In this document: in pieces, positions 1-14,238 of the stretch
Position numbering within the stretch: the stretch's first letter is position 1
How the letters are laid out: the number at the start of each line of letters is the position of its first letter
Source: Phoronis australis
Lineage: Eukaryota; Animalia; Phoronida
NCBI GenBank assembly: GCA_002633005.1
Contig: NMRA01000025.1
Coordinates: 69,757-133,756 of the forward strand
Direction of reading: 5' to 3'
Length of the DNA: 64,000 nucleotides
Made by a program: the position numbers and the translations under genes
Notes under the pieces: generated by a model
Told to the model about the DNA's origin: nothing
The model's input: only the letters and a program-made list of their open reading frames with translations
Databases searched by the model: none

Positions 1-994
1 CAGTCTTGTGGTCTGTGTCATCAAGGGTTGCCATGGTAACCTGCACAGACTTAGTCATGTAGCAACCCTCCTCACATCCTGTCAGATAGGAGTGATTGAC
101 AACATTTGGTGAACTAGGGTTGATTTGAACCATGAAACTGGCCAAAGACAGGATGGACATGAGCATAAACTATGTATGGTTCTAATGTAACTACTGAAGT
201 AATGTCAGATAAAGTCATCCATCATAACTGGCACAGTCTAAGCCATTGCTAAATGCACTAAGGGAAAATTTCTTTCTGACTTACTTCGAAATTCTCTTAA
301 ATGTTTTTAAACTGGGCTTAAGGGCACCACAGGTTTACGAGATCAGCTAAATTTTCTTCACATTGTTACCTGTACAAAGTGAGGCAAAATTGTCACTCGC
401 CTGTAATCTACATAGCAAGCAGAGTCAATGTAGAACACACGATGATAGCAATGTTTCAGTGAGAGATTTGCGCAAGGTGATAGAAATCTAAAGAGTGAGA
501 CATTTGCCACACCGCCAGGCGAGGCAAAATCCTCACAGTTCATTTTGCTGTGGATATGGGCGTTTAGCCGAGCTTATTTGCATGTGAGGCACGTAACTCT
601 CCAGTCTGCGGTGACTCTAGCAAGACAGAACACTCGAGAGCATTTGGTACTCGAAGGTTGTGGTGTACAAAACAAATTATTGGAATCAATATCTCACTTA
701 AAAGTAGCATCACAAGTAAGCATTAACTGTACAGTGTCATGTTGCATTCATTTTCCTCTCAACTTTGACATCCTAGGTTATCATTGGCAGGAGTCTCATG
801 AATGGTTGAGATTCAGTGCCTTGATTAATCATTGGTTGTTTATGCTGAGCTGAAGGTGTGTGATATGTAGGGATATTACTCCAGGTGTGTGATGAGTCAT
901 CTGCTACGGTACTGCCGTGTGTCTTTCAGAAAACATTCCAGTTCTGAGATACATTCCTGCAGTACTGATGATTGAGGATTGGCATAGTGTCAAC

Positions 995-1490
995 TCTCCA
1001 AATTCAACCTGGTAAAATTCCCAGGTCGCCAAAGGAAAAATGAGGTCACCAAAACTGAGAAAATCCTTGTGCACGGGTGCAGAATTCTTGGTCCGTACAA
1101 ATGAATCATGGTTATCTATAATTGAAAAATGAAAAAGGAGATATCTGAGTTGAAGAAGTGGTAAACTGAACAAATGTCTGCTGGAACACCTGAGACTGCC
1201 TGGGTGACTTTTATTTTTACTCTAACAGAAACAGTATATTGTGTGTTTGGCAATGACCTATCTCCCTCTTGAGCCAGATATACTGCGCAGGCCTGCCTCC
1301 TATTTAAAGGAAAGTGATAAGGACACGTTTTCTGGTCAAGAGTCATGAGTGGCCCTTCCAGTTTTTGCTGAACATATCCAACTCCCGTCTGTTTACTTCC
1401 TGCAGTATTTCGAGCACATGCGCGGATGTGTGGTGACTTGGGATTTTTGCCAGGTTGTCAGACAAAATCTGAGATCGCACTGGCGAACTC
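995..1490 (+). repeat. Diverged interspersed repeat, copy A (GGTCGCCAAA-motif family)
   Basis: Shares CCCAGGTCGCCAAA, CCAACTyCCGTsTGTTTACTTCCTG and CCAGGT...AATCTGAG...TGGCGA blocks in the same order with about 6030-6525. Ends are approximate. Confidence 0.55.
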
Positions 1491-4400
1491 TGTACATGTA
1501 GCCTGTAGGATATACCATAACTGTTTGTCGAAGCAAATTCTCAGTGTTGATTGCTAGGAACTACCCAGATTAAAATAACAGCCTTGGTCATCCTTCCAGA
1601 CACCTAAATAGTTGTCTGAAGCTGCAACTAATTTGACTTGCACATGACTGCTCCTTGGAATAATCCTATTGTGGGCCCTATCACCTCCTGTCCCTTTATC
1701 CAATTACTGATCCATCCAATTATGTTGACCCTGTGGTGGTGGCTTGACCCTTGTTATGGCCACCAGTTGTGTGTTATGATAGGATTATTGCTCCATTCAT
1801 GTCAGCTCTGTTTACTGACCTGTTGGCTGTAATACTTTATACCCACACAGACAATAAATACTGAGCATAGACACAGTCAGTTTACCAAGTGGTCCCCATA
1901 AGCTCACAAGATCTGGGACAAGGGATACCCTTGCCCTGACTTTCTGAAAAGCCAACAAGAATAACTCATAGTTCCTCTTGTGGTTTTAGGTACGTAGTTT
2001 TGAATGTAATGAATTGTGAATGACATGTACAATTTTCTTTTTTACAAGTTCTCATTATTTAATTGTCAATATCGAGAATTTCATTTGCCAGTGTGCGAGA
2101 CAAGAAATTGAATGGTTTTTTCAATTTGATTTTTGACTACTTTCTGCAAAAAATCCACTTTCTGTAAAAATGAGTATATGTTTTTGAAATTGGCTGTTGT
2201 ATTTTATCCAGAATGAAATGCTTCTGTCCATTTTGTTTGTTCATGAGTTTTGTCTGCCTGTTGATTGATCACATGATGAAAAGGGTTGTGCATATGCATG
2301 CTGGCTTTACAGTGTACAGGGTTATTCGTCTGACTTGATTTACCACAGGCCCATTAACTTTGTGTTCCCACTATTATTCCCCATTTAGCTGAACAAGGGA
2401 CTTGCTGAGTTTTATCTAGAGTTATCATATATGATAATATTTACACACATTTTGTGGGGAAACATGTGGTTGGGGTATTTCATTGCATTTTTGTGGTTCT
2501 CAGTTTGAGGTTGAAGGCATTTTTTCCTTTGGAAGGGGCTACCCATAGACATGGGACTACCCTTTGTAGCAGTTGGGCAAAGTGCTGTCAAGCATGTATA
2601 TCTGCCCTTTTATTCCTGTTGTGACAAAATGCCTCTAGCCTTCCTTTTGTGCTGGTGATCTATGGTCAATGGGGCATCTAGTGTAACCCTTTCTGGATGG
2701 TAAATTGTGAATTAAACCTTGTTAGTATGTGACTGAGGTTGATGCCTGGTGTTCTGAGGATGCTGGTAGAGGCCTTCAGTTTGGCAAAATTCTGTTATTG
2801 TGTAATTTTTAATTGCATCACCCTTTGCACTGCTTGAATGCAGATTAACTGCGATGTGTTATGATGTAGGTGATTACCACTTTACCTTTTACATCAGATA
2901 TTTCAGCTTTTACTAATGAATTAAATTGAGCATGCACATGAAATAGTATAAATTTTGCTGTAGGTTGGGATTGACTCTGTCGTAGCAAAAACTGGTCTGG
3001 TGAGTGGTGATGCGTTGTCAGGAATGCAAATTCTTTGTCAGAAGGGTTCTCTGTAGGTGGAAGTATTTGGCAGAACTGTATTTCTATGGGTTCTCTGTTC
3101 ACTTACGGTGGCCATTTGAGGGAGGCTAGTTTCTGCATTACAAAAATAAGCTTCTGCACTGACTTGGGACATAGTTGAAATTCTCCGACAGCATTCATGC
3201 ATTTGTTTTATTGCACAGTGCCATGGTCTCCTGAAAATGCAAGGCACAATAAACTGGCTAATAACTGACTTGTTGGTTTCTTAACAAGCTTTCTGTTAAA
3301 GCCATATCTTATGTATAATGTTTCAAGCCATATGCCTGAGGAATTTGTCCAGCAACTTGTCTTGAGAATTCTTAGAGATTGGAGCCATAGGTGTTTTTGT
3401 TCTGCTCAAAAATTAGTTTTTGAAGGATTTGCATGTTTATTTGGATTCATTTTGTTTGTATTCTTCCAGATGTTAAGACTTCATTATCCATCTAATTCTG
3501 TTTATAATGGCCTTTTTCCAAATGCTGGCACTCCAGAGTGGTAGAGGTAAATGTTTTGACTACACTCTTTTATACATGAGTGACAAAAATGCTCTCAGTA
3601 TTTCAGTTGCATTTTAGTCAGATAGACGAGGTGTTCCGCGAAGAAATTTCGGCCAACAGTAGTTTGTGTCAAAACAAGTTTCTCTGCCATAACTTGATTA
3701 ACACAATGAAAGGCCTCTTTCCCCTGCAGTAAGTCAAACCACCAGGGAAGCTTGCACTCATTCACATTACTGTTGTTTTCCTTGCTGACAAAAGTGCATG
3801 TAACAAACATTTAATCAGTTTGTTAACGGAGTATACATTACGTGCATTTGTAGAAGTTGTTGGAAGTCTGTCTGTTAAGCTTGCCATCACTCTAGCTCCT
3901 GTAATTGTTATCAGTCTTTCATAAAGTTGGTTTGTATCTAGTGCTGGAAATACACTGTGGCCCGGGCCCCGGGGCCATTGGATTTACGGCTGGGCCAGTA
4001 AACTTTCACATATAGCGGTCCAGCACATTTATTTGCTGAAGGTTGAGCACTGCTTGTATCTGGTTATTACTCAGTACATTATAAATTTCAGTGTTTTCTG
4101 ACCGTTCTTGGATTTCTTTGTGTTCAAGATCTAATTCCTGTACTTTTGAATTTGATTTTAGTGTTCTCCATAACAGAACATTCAAACTGGACAGGAATTA
4201 CAAAATTCATGCAAGTGTTCGAAAGTCCATGTCCATACTGTACAAAGTTTGTATGCTAAGTCTTGTAATAAATGCACTGACAGGGCCGTCAATCCTTCGA
4301 TTTTCTGGCCAAATATCGGTCCCATTTCCCTCTGAAAAATATTGAAAAATCATGCAAAATTACCATCATAATGCCCATAAATTCTCCTCGAGTTTCGAAT

Positions 4401-6029
4401 CTCTTGTAACTCACGCAAGTGACAATTTGGAGGAGCACAAAATGTTAGTGTTGGCAACTTGAGACAGCCTATGAGGGCTTGCAACAGGTAGGGGGGCGAT
4501 CGGAGTTAGGATTTTCCCCTCACCCTTTATATTCCCTCTCAGAAGGCACATTTCCCCTCAGATGAACGAGAGCCCTGACTGATCTGGCACTAAAAATCCA
4601 AAATGTCCAAATTCGCTTAGGAAATGACTGATCTACCAATACTTCAAACTCGTTGCATATGCTTTCAAATTTGACGCAAGTAAGCCTAATTTGTTACGAC
4701 AAAATTCAAACTCAATGCAGTGACGAGTCGAAACAGGCTGTGGAGAACACTAGATTTTGATCAAATTTGACACATTCTTGATAATTTCTTGTACACTAGT
4801 GTAACTCAGATCTGGCCTTTGTCAGTAATATACAAGTACAAGCCAAATTTGATAAAATCAAATCAAAATACAGTATTTTATGCGAAAATTCTAAATCAAG
4901 ATTAGCTGAGATTTTTTTTCAAGAAATCCTTTGTGTCTGACTATTTTTTCATTGGTCCGTGAATGGCGAGTTATTTGGGGTTATTTTTTTACAGAATTGT
5001 GATGTGCTTGGCTTTTCAGCTGGCCTGGGCATGGAAACTTGGGGAAGGTCCTCAACTCCAATCCAATGTGTTAGGAAACACTTCACTGAAGTTTTCCAAA
5101 CTGTGGTATTCATCAATAGATTTCCAAGTTTTCAGGAAATCCACACCCATCTGTGAAGCTCTCATTACTGAAGCCAGTTAGTGTTGCATAATCCACGTGG
5201 GTGCATCTGACACTCCACTGCTAGTCTTAGTTTGTTCCTTCTTCATCCTGAGGAAGTCTGCAGCCTGTTTATTGATTACATGGTCATCGCTGCTGTCCAT
5301 CTCTCTGTCCACACTGTGTGTGTCAGTGCCTAGACAGCTCATGATGAGTATAATCAGCGAGTACAATTATTGATCTGTGTCCCCTCAATGTTTCCCTGTA
5401 GCTTTGTTTATGACTAACTGCATGAGTGTACTATGATCAATAATGGTATGGAACGGGAGGTGAAGCTTTTTTCTCTGATTCCCTCCTAACTTTAATTTTG
5501 GCATCTCCAACCATTAGCACAAAGCTGTATTGGATAGTCTTCATACAGCTAGCTGGCTGGCTACTCCAACCAGACATCACATCAACGAAAATGGCTAAAT
5601 AATGAACAGATGATGGACATAATTCATAATGTATTTGTGGACCTGGTTGTTTACTTCCGTCTACATTGATGGTTGACACACATTTTTTAAACTGGTTGTT
5701 TTGCCAGGTCTCATGTGTCGAGTTGACGTTATGTTAAGTGCCAAACCCTACAAGTGAAATATGCAAGTAACTAATACATGGTTGGAACAACTACTGTCTG
5801 GTAAAATCTCACCAATTTGAGATAAAAACATTTACCAAAATTAATATTTTTTTCTCATTTTTCGAAGAATTCTAATGTTGTTAATACTAATACTTTCTCA
5901 AAATATTGCCTTATGGTTCCTTAGTTGTGGTATTAGTATTGAGTTGGTGCTGCTTATCTTTTATGAAATAATTGGAAAATAGAAATGTCCTTGTCTACCC
6001 GCCACTCCACGCTTATCTTAACGCCTAGC

Positions 6030-6525
6030 CGCATTTGGCGACCTGCCAAAAATCCAGATCGAACCTGAGGTCGCCAAAAGTGAAAATCCCAGGTCGCCAA
6101 ATGAAGTTGCCGATCCTCCATAATATTCGTCTGACTAAAAAAGAAAAGAAACTTATCTTACGTGTAACTTTCCTCACCAAACAAACATGGGACACAGACG
6201 ATCACATACTTTGGTGGTGCAGCGTATTTCACCGATCGTGCCCGATTTTTGCTGAAAGATTCCAACTTCCGTGTGTTTACTTCCTGTTGTAATTTGAGTG
6301 CTAGTTTAACGTGTGCTACTGCTCATTGCTGTGGTGGCAAATGCACTGATTTCACAAATTAAATGGAACAATTGTGAATCAAAGGTAATGAATCTTAACT
6401 TTTAGTAATTTAAAGTTTGGAAGTCAACGTGAACTTTGAAACACAATGGGGACTTCAGATTTTTCCAGGTCGCCAAACACAATCTGAGGTAATATTGGCG
6501 ACTTTGCAGGTCACCAAATCAAGTG
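6030..6525 (+). repeat. Diverged interspersed repeat, copy B (probable non-autonomous DNA transposon)
   Basis: Multiple GGTCGCCAAA / TTTGGCGAC motifs cluster at both ends; colinear with copy A. Confidence 0.55.
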
Positions 6526-9500
6526 CTACTCCCATACTGTATCCTAAATGAAAATAACCCAAATAAAAACATGTTGAATGGGTGAAGGTGACTGTAGGTG
6601 TGATAGACACAGTGAAGTCTCTTCTAATTAGATCACAATGTGGCGGAATAGAATTTTTTTTATCAAAAATGTTCAACAAGTTTTAAGAAAAAGAAAATTT
6701 AGCTTCATTATATTAAAACTTCGTATAGTACGTCCAACATCAACAAACATACTTTGAAATTTTGAGCATTTTTAGCAATAAGCATTAGAGAATGAAAAAC
6801 TCACAATTTTGGCCATTATTTTTGTTGACATTTTGGGAAACTACCGTTCATGATTTCTGTTGCTGGCCTCTACCTGCCCATGGTTGTCATATATTTCGTA
6901 CCTGAGTTACTGAGGTCACCTTGTCCATCGTGATATATCAAGACTGGTTCATCTGCAGACAGTATAATTGGGTAAGAATAAGATAGTGTGTGTTGCTGAC
7001 AGTGATGGTTACAGTACAAAGGGTAATGACACACTGTCGCCCACAGCCTTGAATGTTTTTTTGACAAACAAGGGTGAATGTACCTTGTAGTTGACTGATT
7101 TGTAGTTTGAACCAGGTTAGAAGATAAGTGAGGATCATTACAAGGAATCTGCAGTGTGTTGAAACTTTCACACCAATGGCGAGGTAGTTTCACAAAGGTT
7201 CTCAGTCACTTGGTTGACTGGTATTGCACTACTACTGCCCTTCTGCTCGGTTTGATAAATGTTTTGGGACCATTCGTAATTATTACCATTAAAACATGCA
7301 AAATTTACCTTCCCTTTCATTGACAGTGTTCTTAAAATTGTATTTTGCTAGTCAGTATGTATAAATTTTGCAAGCTATGAATTAGTTATTTCAAAAGTCC
7401 AAAGATCAAAAAAATTCTTTTGTCATATTTTTAAGAACGTGAAATCACTGGATTTTATCTTCTGGTACCACCATTAGTTTACGATTTCAAAAGTGTCTGG
7501 AGCAAGCCTACCCTAACTCCCTTGCTAAAGCTTTTATTTTGTACACTGGTGAAAATTGGATAATAGTCCATGGTCCCTTGGTCATGTATGGACCTCTGTT
7601 AGTATGTGTTGACTGCAGGTATGGGTTTTTATTTCCTATGGTATTATGTAATGGCAGCTTTTCAACATCTTATGTGTGTTTTGATACCAGACTATTTAAG
7701 GTACAATAGTAGTGCAATACCAGTCTTTATAAAGAGGTGCAAAACTTGCAATTTGCTGTTGACCAAATATACTTATTGTGTGTTTGTGCGTGCATGTGTA
7801 ATAATGTAGTGTAGTTTCATATGGTAGGATTTCTTCAGGTCACCCAGTCAAATAGACTTCCCAATATAGGTCTTGTCCCTAGATGGCTAAAGGGTAGTTG
7901 GTCGACAGCATTCTACATATTCTTGTGTGGATTTGATGCAGTGTTACTGTGCATGACAAAAGTAACGAGACAAGATACTGTTTCCCCACCATGACGGATA
8001 ATTCTTTTCACGTTTACAATGTTTTGTGAATTATTTACAACCATCATGCAGCCTAATTTCCGCTGATGTGCGGTTGATAATTCACACAAAAATGTCAGAT
8101 GTCTCGAAAACTAAACAGTCCGGTAAATGTAGTCGGGCTAAAAGTATGGGTAGGGGTGTCATCATGATGAGGGACTTAACCCAAGAAAATATTGGGAATT
8201 ATGAGATCATTTCCTGCATTTTGAAATCTTGTTTTTGGCTACAGTATCTGTGTTCAGTAAAGCCTGTAAGCATCAGGTAGATGGAAAAGAAAGATCTCTC
8301 CTTGTTTTGCCAAGCTCATTTACCATTTGGCAGCATGGGGATTTGGCCGGTTGGCATTTGTCGAGTTGACATCATGCAAAGCGTCAAGCCTTGTAATTGT
8401 TAGGTGTGCACTGGAACTATAGCGAAGCACTGACTTTGTGGTGAAGTTTTCCTCGAATTCAAAGAAAAAAATGGCCATAATTGTTTTTCTTCAGTTGTCA
8501 AACGGTCACTGTATTGCAGAAATGTTCAAAATTTCAGCCCCACTACATAAAGTTTTCAAATAATCAAGTAAAATTGTCCTCTTGTTTGCTCTTGTTAAAA
8601 ATGTTACTGTTCCGTTCGATTGTGTTATAATTTGAAGAAACTTCACCCTAATCAAAATCTGGGGCAAGGAATCAGTCCAGAGCATCTTGAAAGAATCAGC
8701 AGGAACAGTGTGGCATTTGTGTGTACGGTGAGGGAATAAAAATAAATTATTTGTTTGCTGTTAATCAAACCAAGCTACACTTGGCCTTGTTATTGTTCAG
8801 TCGTCAACCTTTCAGAAAAATGTGTATGTGCCATTTCTGCTATATAGTAGAAAAGCTGCACATAACCTCTGGTGTGGTCCTCCACTACCGCCCCCCACCC
8901 CCACCAGCCGTGCTGCTCAACATTACATCTGTCAGGATGACCCATGTAAATGTTCACTTGTTAATACTGCTGGATATCTGTTCAGGACATGTGGTCACCA
9001 TCCCTGCTTTCTCAGTTTTGGGGTCAGTCAGACATTCCTCTGCCAACTAGGTCACCATCTTGTTGGTTGTGCTTGGGGCGTGCCATCCACTGCAACTCAG
9101 TGTGACCACTATCCACTTCTTGAGCTTCTTACCTCAGTGGTCACATCTGGACCGATATTTAGTAAAGGAGCTCACTGACTAGATTCAAGTAAAGGCTTGC
9201 AGGTAAAGCTAGCAGCATGTTCCTTTGTGTTGTAAATCTTCAGAGTGTGTATTGGCATTTGACCTGGTCATGCAAAATGTGGATTTGACCTGCCATTTTT
9301 GTGGTGATGCTTGAAAGTTGGCTAGAATTTGGGTGTTAGATTTGTAAGAGTTACACTGTGGTTGTTGCCACGGTAATGTATATTGAATACATGCCAGCCA
9401 CTTAGGATTGGCTTTGTCATTTCACATTGGGAGTGTTGTTTCAAGTTAATAATGTTGTTATTTATGGGCAGGCCTTGGAGGTCACTTGTAAGTGCCTGCA

Positions 9501-12500
9501 ACTGACTTGCCTGGTGTTGCTGGATTCCATTGATGAGTGCATTTGGTTGATATGAAATTGGTGATCTTATCACAGGATTAGAAAAGGAAGTCAAAGTGGT
9601 TCAGCTTTAGAAGATCACTCTATTGCCTAAAAATTGGCTGTGTCACATGTTGCCAATGCATAATCATAGGCTTTGAAGGTTTCTTTGTGATGGAGTTGAC
9701 TATCAGTTTTAAGCAAAACTTGTTCTACAACCCTGTGCCAATGTTGAATTAGGTGGCAATTGACACCACTTTTAATAGATGTTTTAGTCTTATTACAAGT
9801 TCGAAAAACATTTAAAGTGCCACCTCCACTCATGGCCAACACAATTTCTCTGTACTTTTCTATTGATTGCTATGGTTACAACCTCTGTTGTTTAGATTAG
9901 TTGGTACCCCAGTGAGCCACTGCAGGTCACCTTCACAACAGAGCTGCAAATAACAGCCATCATTTGGTGTTATGTTACAGTGAAGCTTATTTTAATGACC
10001 CCTGTTCAACCTGTATGGTGCATTAAGGTTTGGGATTGGTTCAAATCTTGGAGAGGTTTTGTTTTTGTGGATAAACATCAATTTTTTTCCTATCAACAGT
10101 TGTTACTTGTTAACATTTTATTGGAATTAAGTATGTTATGGGAACTGGACTCTTCTTATGTCCTGCACGCTCTGAATAGTGCCGCAGGACTTCCAGAAAG
10201 ATAGTGAAATGTTAGAACATGACTTGAGATTATACACCTTCTGTTCTTTACGGGTATTCAAGAAGATACCTCATCAACAAAGCTTTTTAAAACCCACTGT
10301 TATGTCTGACCCATTTAGAAGGTAGCAGTTTCTGTAAAAGTCACTACCGTGGGTCCCGTATTTTGAGAACCAGTTTGATGCCTGTTATTCTGTGGAGAAA
10401 ACAGGTTCTCAAAGTGCGAGATCTGTGATGTTTTCAGCAGTTCCCTCACCTGCTGGCTGCCGTATTGGTAATACTGTTTAAAAATCATCCTTTTAGGACA
10501 TGATGTTGATGTGTGCCACTCAAACCTACATGTTATATCACTTGTATGGAGATTAATTAGTTCATTTAACTATCTCAGTTAATGAGATAATCAATGAGGT
10601 CCCACAGCCAAGGGTTGTGCCTGAATGCGGCATCATTTGCAGTGGATTCATAAATTCAATATGGATTCACCTATGATTATCAAAAATACAGAATTGTTAA
10701 TTAAAGTTGACAGAAGGTTAATGCGAATCAGTCCATTTATGGTGAAAAGTACAGTCATTATCTTTTACTTCATTGGGCATTGTCTCCACAATGCCATGGC
10801 AGGTATTGTTTTGTGCTACAAAAGATAAGTACCTATAACCCCATATTTGTAAATACTTATCAACCAGCAGGTTACAGTAGTCCAGCCTTGCTGTTTCAAA
10901 GGTGTGGGTATTCAAGTACTCGAAATGTAGTGTGATCTGTCTTTCATCCACTTGTTCTGTTCTTGTGTGGGCAGTAACCCCCACCCCCAAGCTCACTGGG
11001 GAATGCACTTTTCTATTGTAAATTATGTTTGCGGTAAAAAAATCTCCAGTTTGGGACAGTGAATAATTAATTAATTTCTTCAACATCAGATCTTGTACTA
11101 AATTTTAGACATAGGCAATATTGGGTGCCCCAAATTCTAGAATTAAATTCAACGAAAAACAATCATTCATCTTGATGTTACGCATTTATGAGCATTGGCG
11201 TTATCAACGATTTTAAGAACTGACCAGTCTGTTATCATACTCTGTTGATACGAAACACAAGGTCTGATATTTGAGAAATACGATGAAAAACAGAATTGCT
11301 CATGTCCCAATAATCAAGAAAATTCAACTTTGGCTTGAATTTCTGTGCCCCAAATTATAGAGTCTGCCATTGTGGAGCATATTTTCTGTAGTTCTATGTT
11401 AAGCTGCATCAGATGGGCATCTCACCCTGGATCAGGTGAGTGTCCAGGTGTCGTCTGCAACTGGTGACATGGCGAGCGTGATCAGCGGAAGTCCCTGTCT
11501 GCATAACCTCGACATGTTTTGTGTCCACATGGGAATTTGCACTGGAACAATGCCCACTATCTGCTGCAATCCCAACTTTTGTCTGACTTTCCATCAGAAC
11601 TCTTGATGTTTCTCTTATATTAACCTGAAGATGTTTACAGACAATAAAGTGATGTGTATTGATGGGATGGTGTTCTTATTCTATTCAGATGATAAAAAGA
11701 GGGTTCTTCAATAATATCGAGTCACCCATTGTAACTTATTTTTATGATGGATACCATGTGCATTTTTGTTAGTAATTATTTCTTGTCTACATTGTTTGGT
11801 ATGACTTCTCGAGATTGTTGATTTTGCACTCGAGGCCTTTATGACAGTCATAACTAGACCTTATGATTCCTTTGTACTGTGCTTGCCGCCATAACCACTC
11901 CGTTGTAAGATAGCAGGCTGTTAAAATGTGTGTGAATTTCTGTTGCCGTGTTGTTATCATATGGATTTGCTCATCGTTACATCTTGATTACAGGCATACT
12001 TGGTCATAATCCCTGGATTAATCGTCACAGTTGTCATAGACTGTTTCACCTTGGATTATTGTAGTCCAGTTCTGGTCAAGTTGAACACCTGTCCAGACTT
12101 AATTGATAATCTATCTTTCTTGGATGTTGTGGAATTTCTGCTTTGAGATTAGTAGCATTCACCATGTGTATTTCAGAATCCAAAAAATTTTTGGGAAATT
12201 TTACAAAAATTCTACTAATCTGGTGTGTTCTCAAGTAATGGAGAATCCCAGCAAATTGTGTAGCCCCTATTGACAGGCCTTAAAAGTGCGCTTGTGACAT
12301 CTGCTGTACTGATACAGTTAGTAATTGAATTAATATGCTCAAAGTGCAGGCTGCAATACTGCCAATAGTCTTAAGTAGTTTATTCCGTCTCCCCTGTCCA
12401 GAATTTATGTTGCAAAATTTGGTGGAACTTGAAATTTTTGTGATTCCGTAGGCAAAAAATCCTAGTAACAATTTGCTTGAAAATTCTTGGATTATTTCCA

Positions 12501-13831
12501 CCGATTTCCTCATGGGAGTGGCATGTTTTGGCTCTTGTTTAGGCCGTGACAAGTATGTTGGCTGGTGTAAGGACAGTCACAAATGCATCTGATCAAAGCA
12601 CAAATCAGTAAAATGAAAATAGAGTTCACATGCTGTGATCTATTTTCTCAAGTTGTGCACTCATTGATTTTTAAAGCCAGATCTTGTGGTTGACTACAAT
12701 TTTTCTAGTCGTTACATTTACTGCTATTCCATTCTATTAATTCTGAGTGGTTTGATATTAACTGTGCTTGAAATTGGGTTGATGTATAGTGTGCTGAAAA
12801 CAGATAAGTCTTGTTATTAAATTATAGAAGTTAGGTAGCTTTTTGGCTGTGTAAATAGATTCTAAATACACTGACTGCTTTGCAAATGTATTGGAAGAGA
12901 ACAGTTATTTGCTTTGTATCAACAATTTGGTTAAATGGCATTTAGATTAGAATCTGGAATGACTTGCCAGTACTTCATTGAACAATCCTGAAATAGCACA
13001 CCATCACTCTCATTCTGGGGTATTTACCCACAATGCAAAAATGTGCCAAGCACCTGGCCTGCTTCTTCACAAGCAAAGTACTTAGTCACTTTCTCATATC
13101 TCAGTTCCATAACATGTAATTCATCATTGTAATTCCAGCAAACTTTTATTTTGAATAGCAAAAGGGGAAATACCCCACCTTGCTGGAAATGCAGTGTATT
13201 GTTCTTCCCATTTTAATCATCTCGAGGGGAGGGGGGGGCGGTCTGACTTTTGGAAACTAGGTCAGCCTGACCTGAGCGATGCTGTCGTGTCATGCTGTCC
13301 ATTTTTCTACCTGTGCAAAAGTAGAGAGTTCAATCCTGGATGGGCCTTATTTTCATTCGCAGTGTGTTTGCCCTAGATACGTCATTTGCTAGAATCTCAA
13401 CAAGCGCAGCATTGTTCTGATGAAAAGTTGAAATTGGGATGGCAGAGTTATTCACTAATAAAGTTTTTACACAAGAAAGTTTCTCATCAACAGAAATGCA
13501 CTTTAAGTTGTATGCTGAGTGCCATGTGGGTTGTGTCAGTCATAATGGAATGTTGGCTTAAGGGTTGTTCTCCCAGATGGCATATGTTTCCATGGAAATG
13601 TTTTGTTTCCTTGGCTGAATTATCTCCTTGGGGCTTTTCATATCAACCTCCATGCTTGGTGTTCTTTGAAGTATTGGTCTGTTGGAATCTTTGATATGGT
13701 ATTGAAAGAATGGAAGTTGACTTCACAATAAATGGGTGGATTTAACAGTGGAGCATTTTCGATTTTGTATGGAAGGTTTGGGCTTATTGGCAGGTGTCGC
13801 TGTCAATAACGTTCACTTGTGGTGATTAGTG

Positions 13832-14238
13832 CTGTTTACACTACAAAAGTTGACACGGATCAGGTGACACGGAACGAGATGTTCCAGTGCGTAAATGGGA
13901 CCGACACGGAGCAAATTGACACCGCGGTGACAACTTTTGCCACCCGTTCGTGAGGTGAGACAATTTGCGCTCAAACTTCTTGCTCTGTGTCAATTATATG
14001 TCTCAACGCAAAACTGGGGCAAGGCAGAAAGGATCATCTCTACTGCGCTTGTGCAATGACCTACATACGGGCTCTCTGTTTCTGCAACTCCCGCTGTTTG
14101 AAAATCTGCGCATGTGCATTCCACTCTCCAGCGTACAACTTGCGTCTTGCCATGAAATTGCGTGTGTAAACGGCCACTTGACACTGATCTAGTTGATCCT
14201 TGTCAGTTGTGCTGGATCAAAAGTTGATGTCTAAACGA
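13832..14238. repeat. Probable decayed MITE-like insertion
   Basis: CpG-rich block with GTTTACAC...GTCTAAAC ends and repeated GACACGG / GATC motifs. No clean TSD seen. Confidence 0.35.
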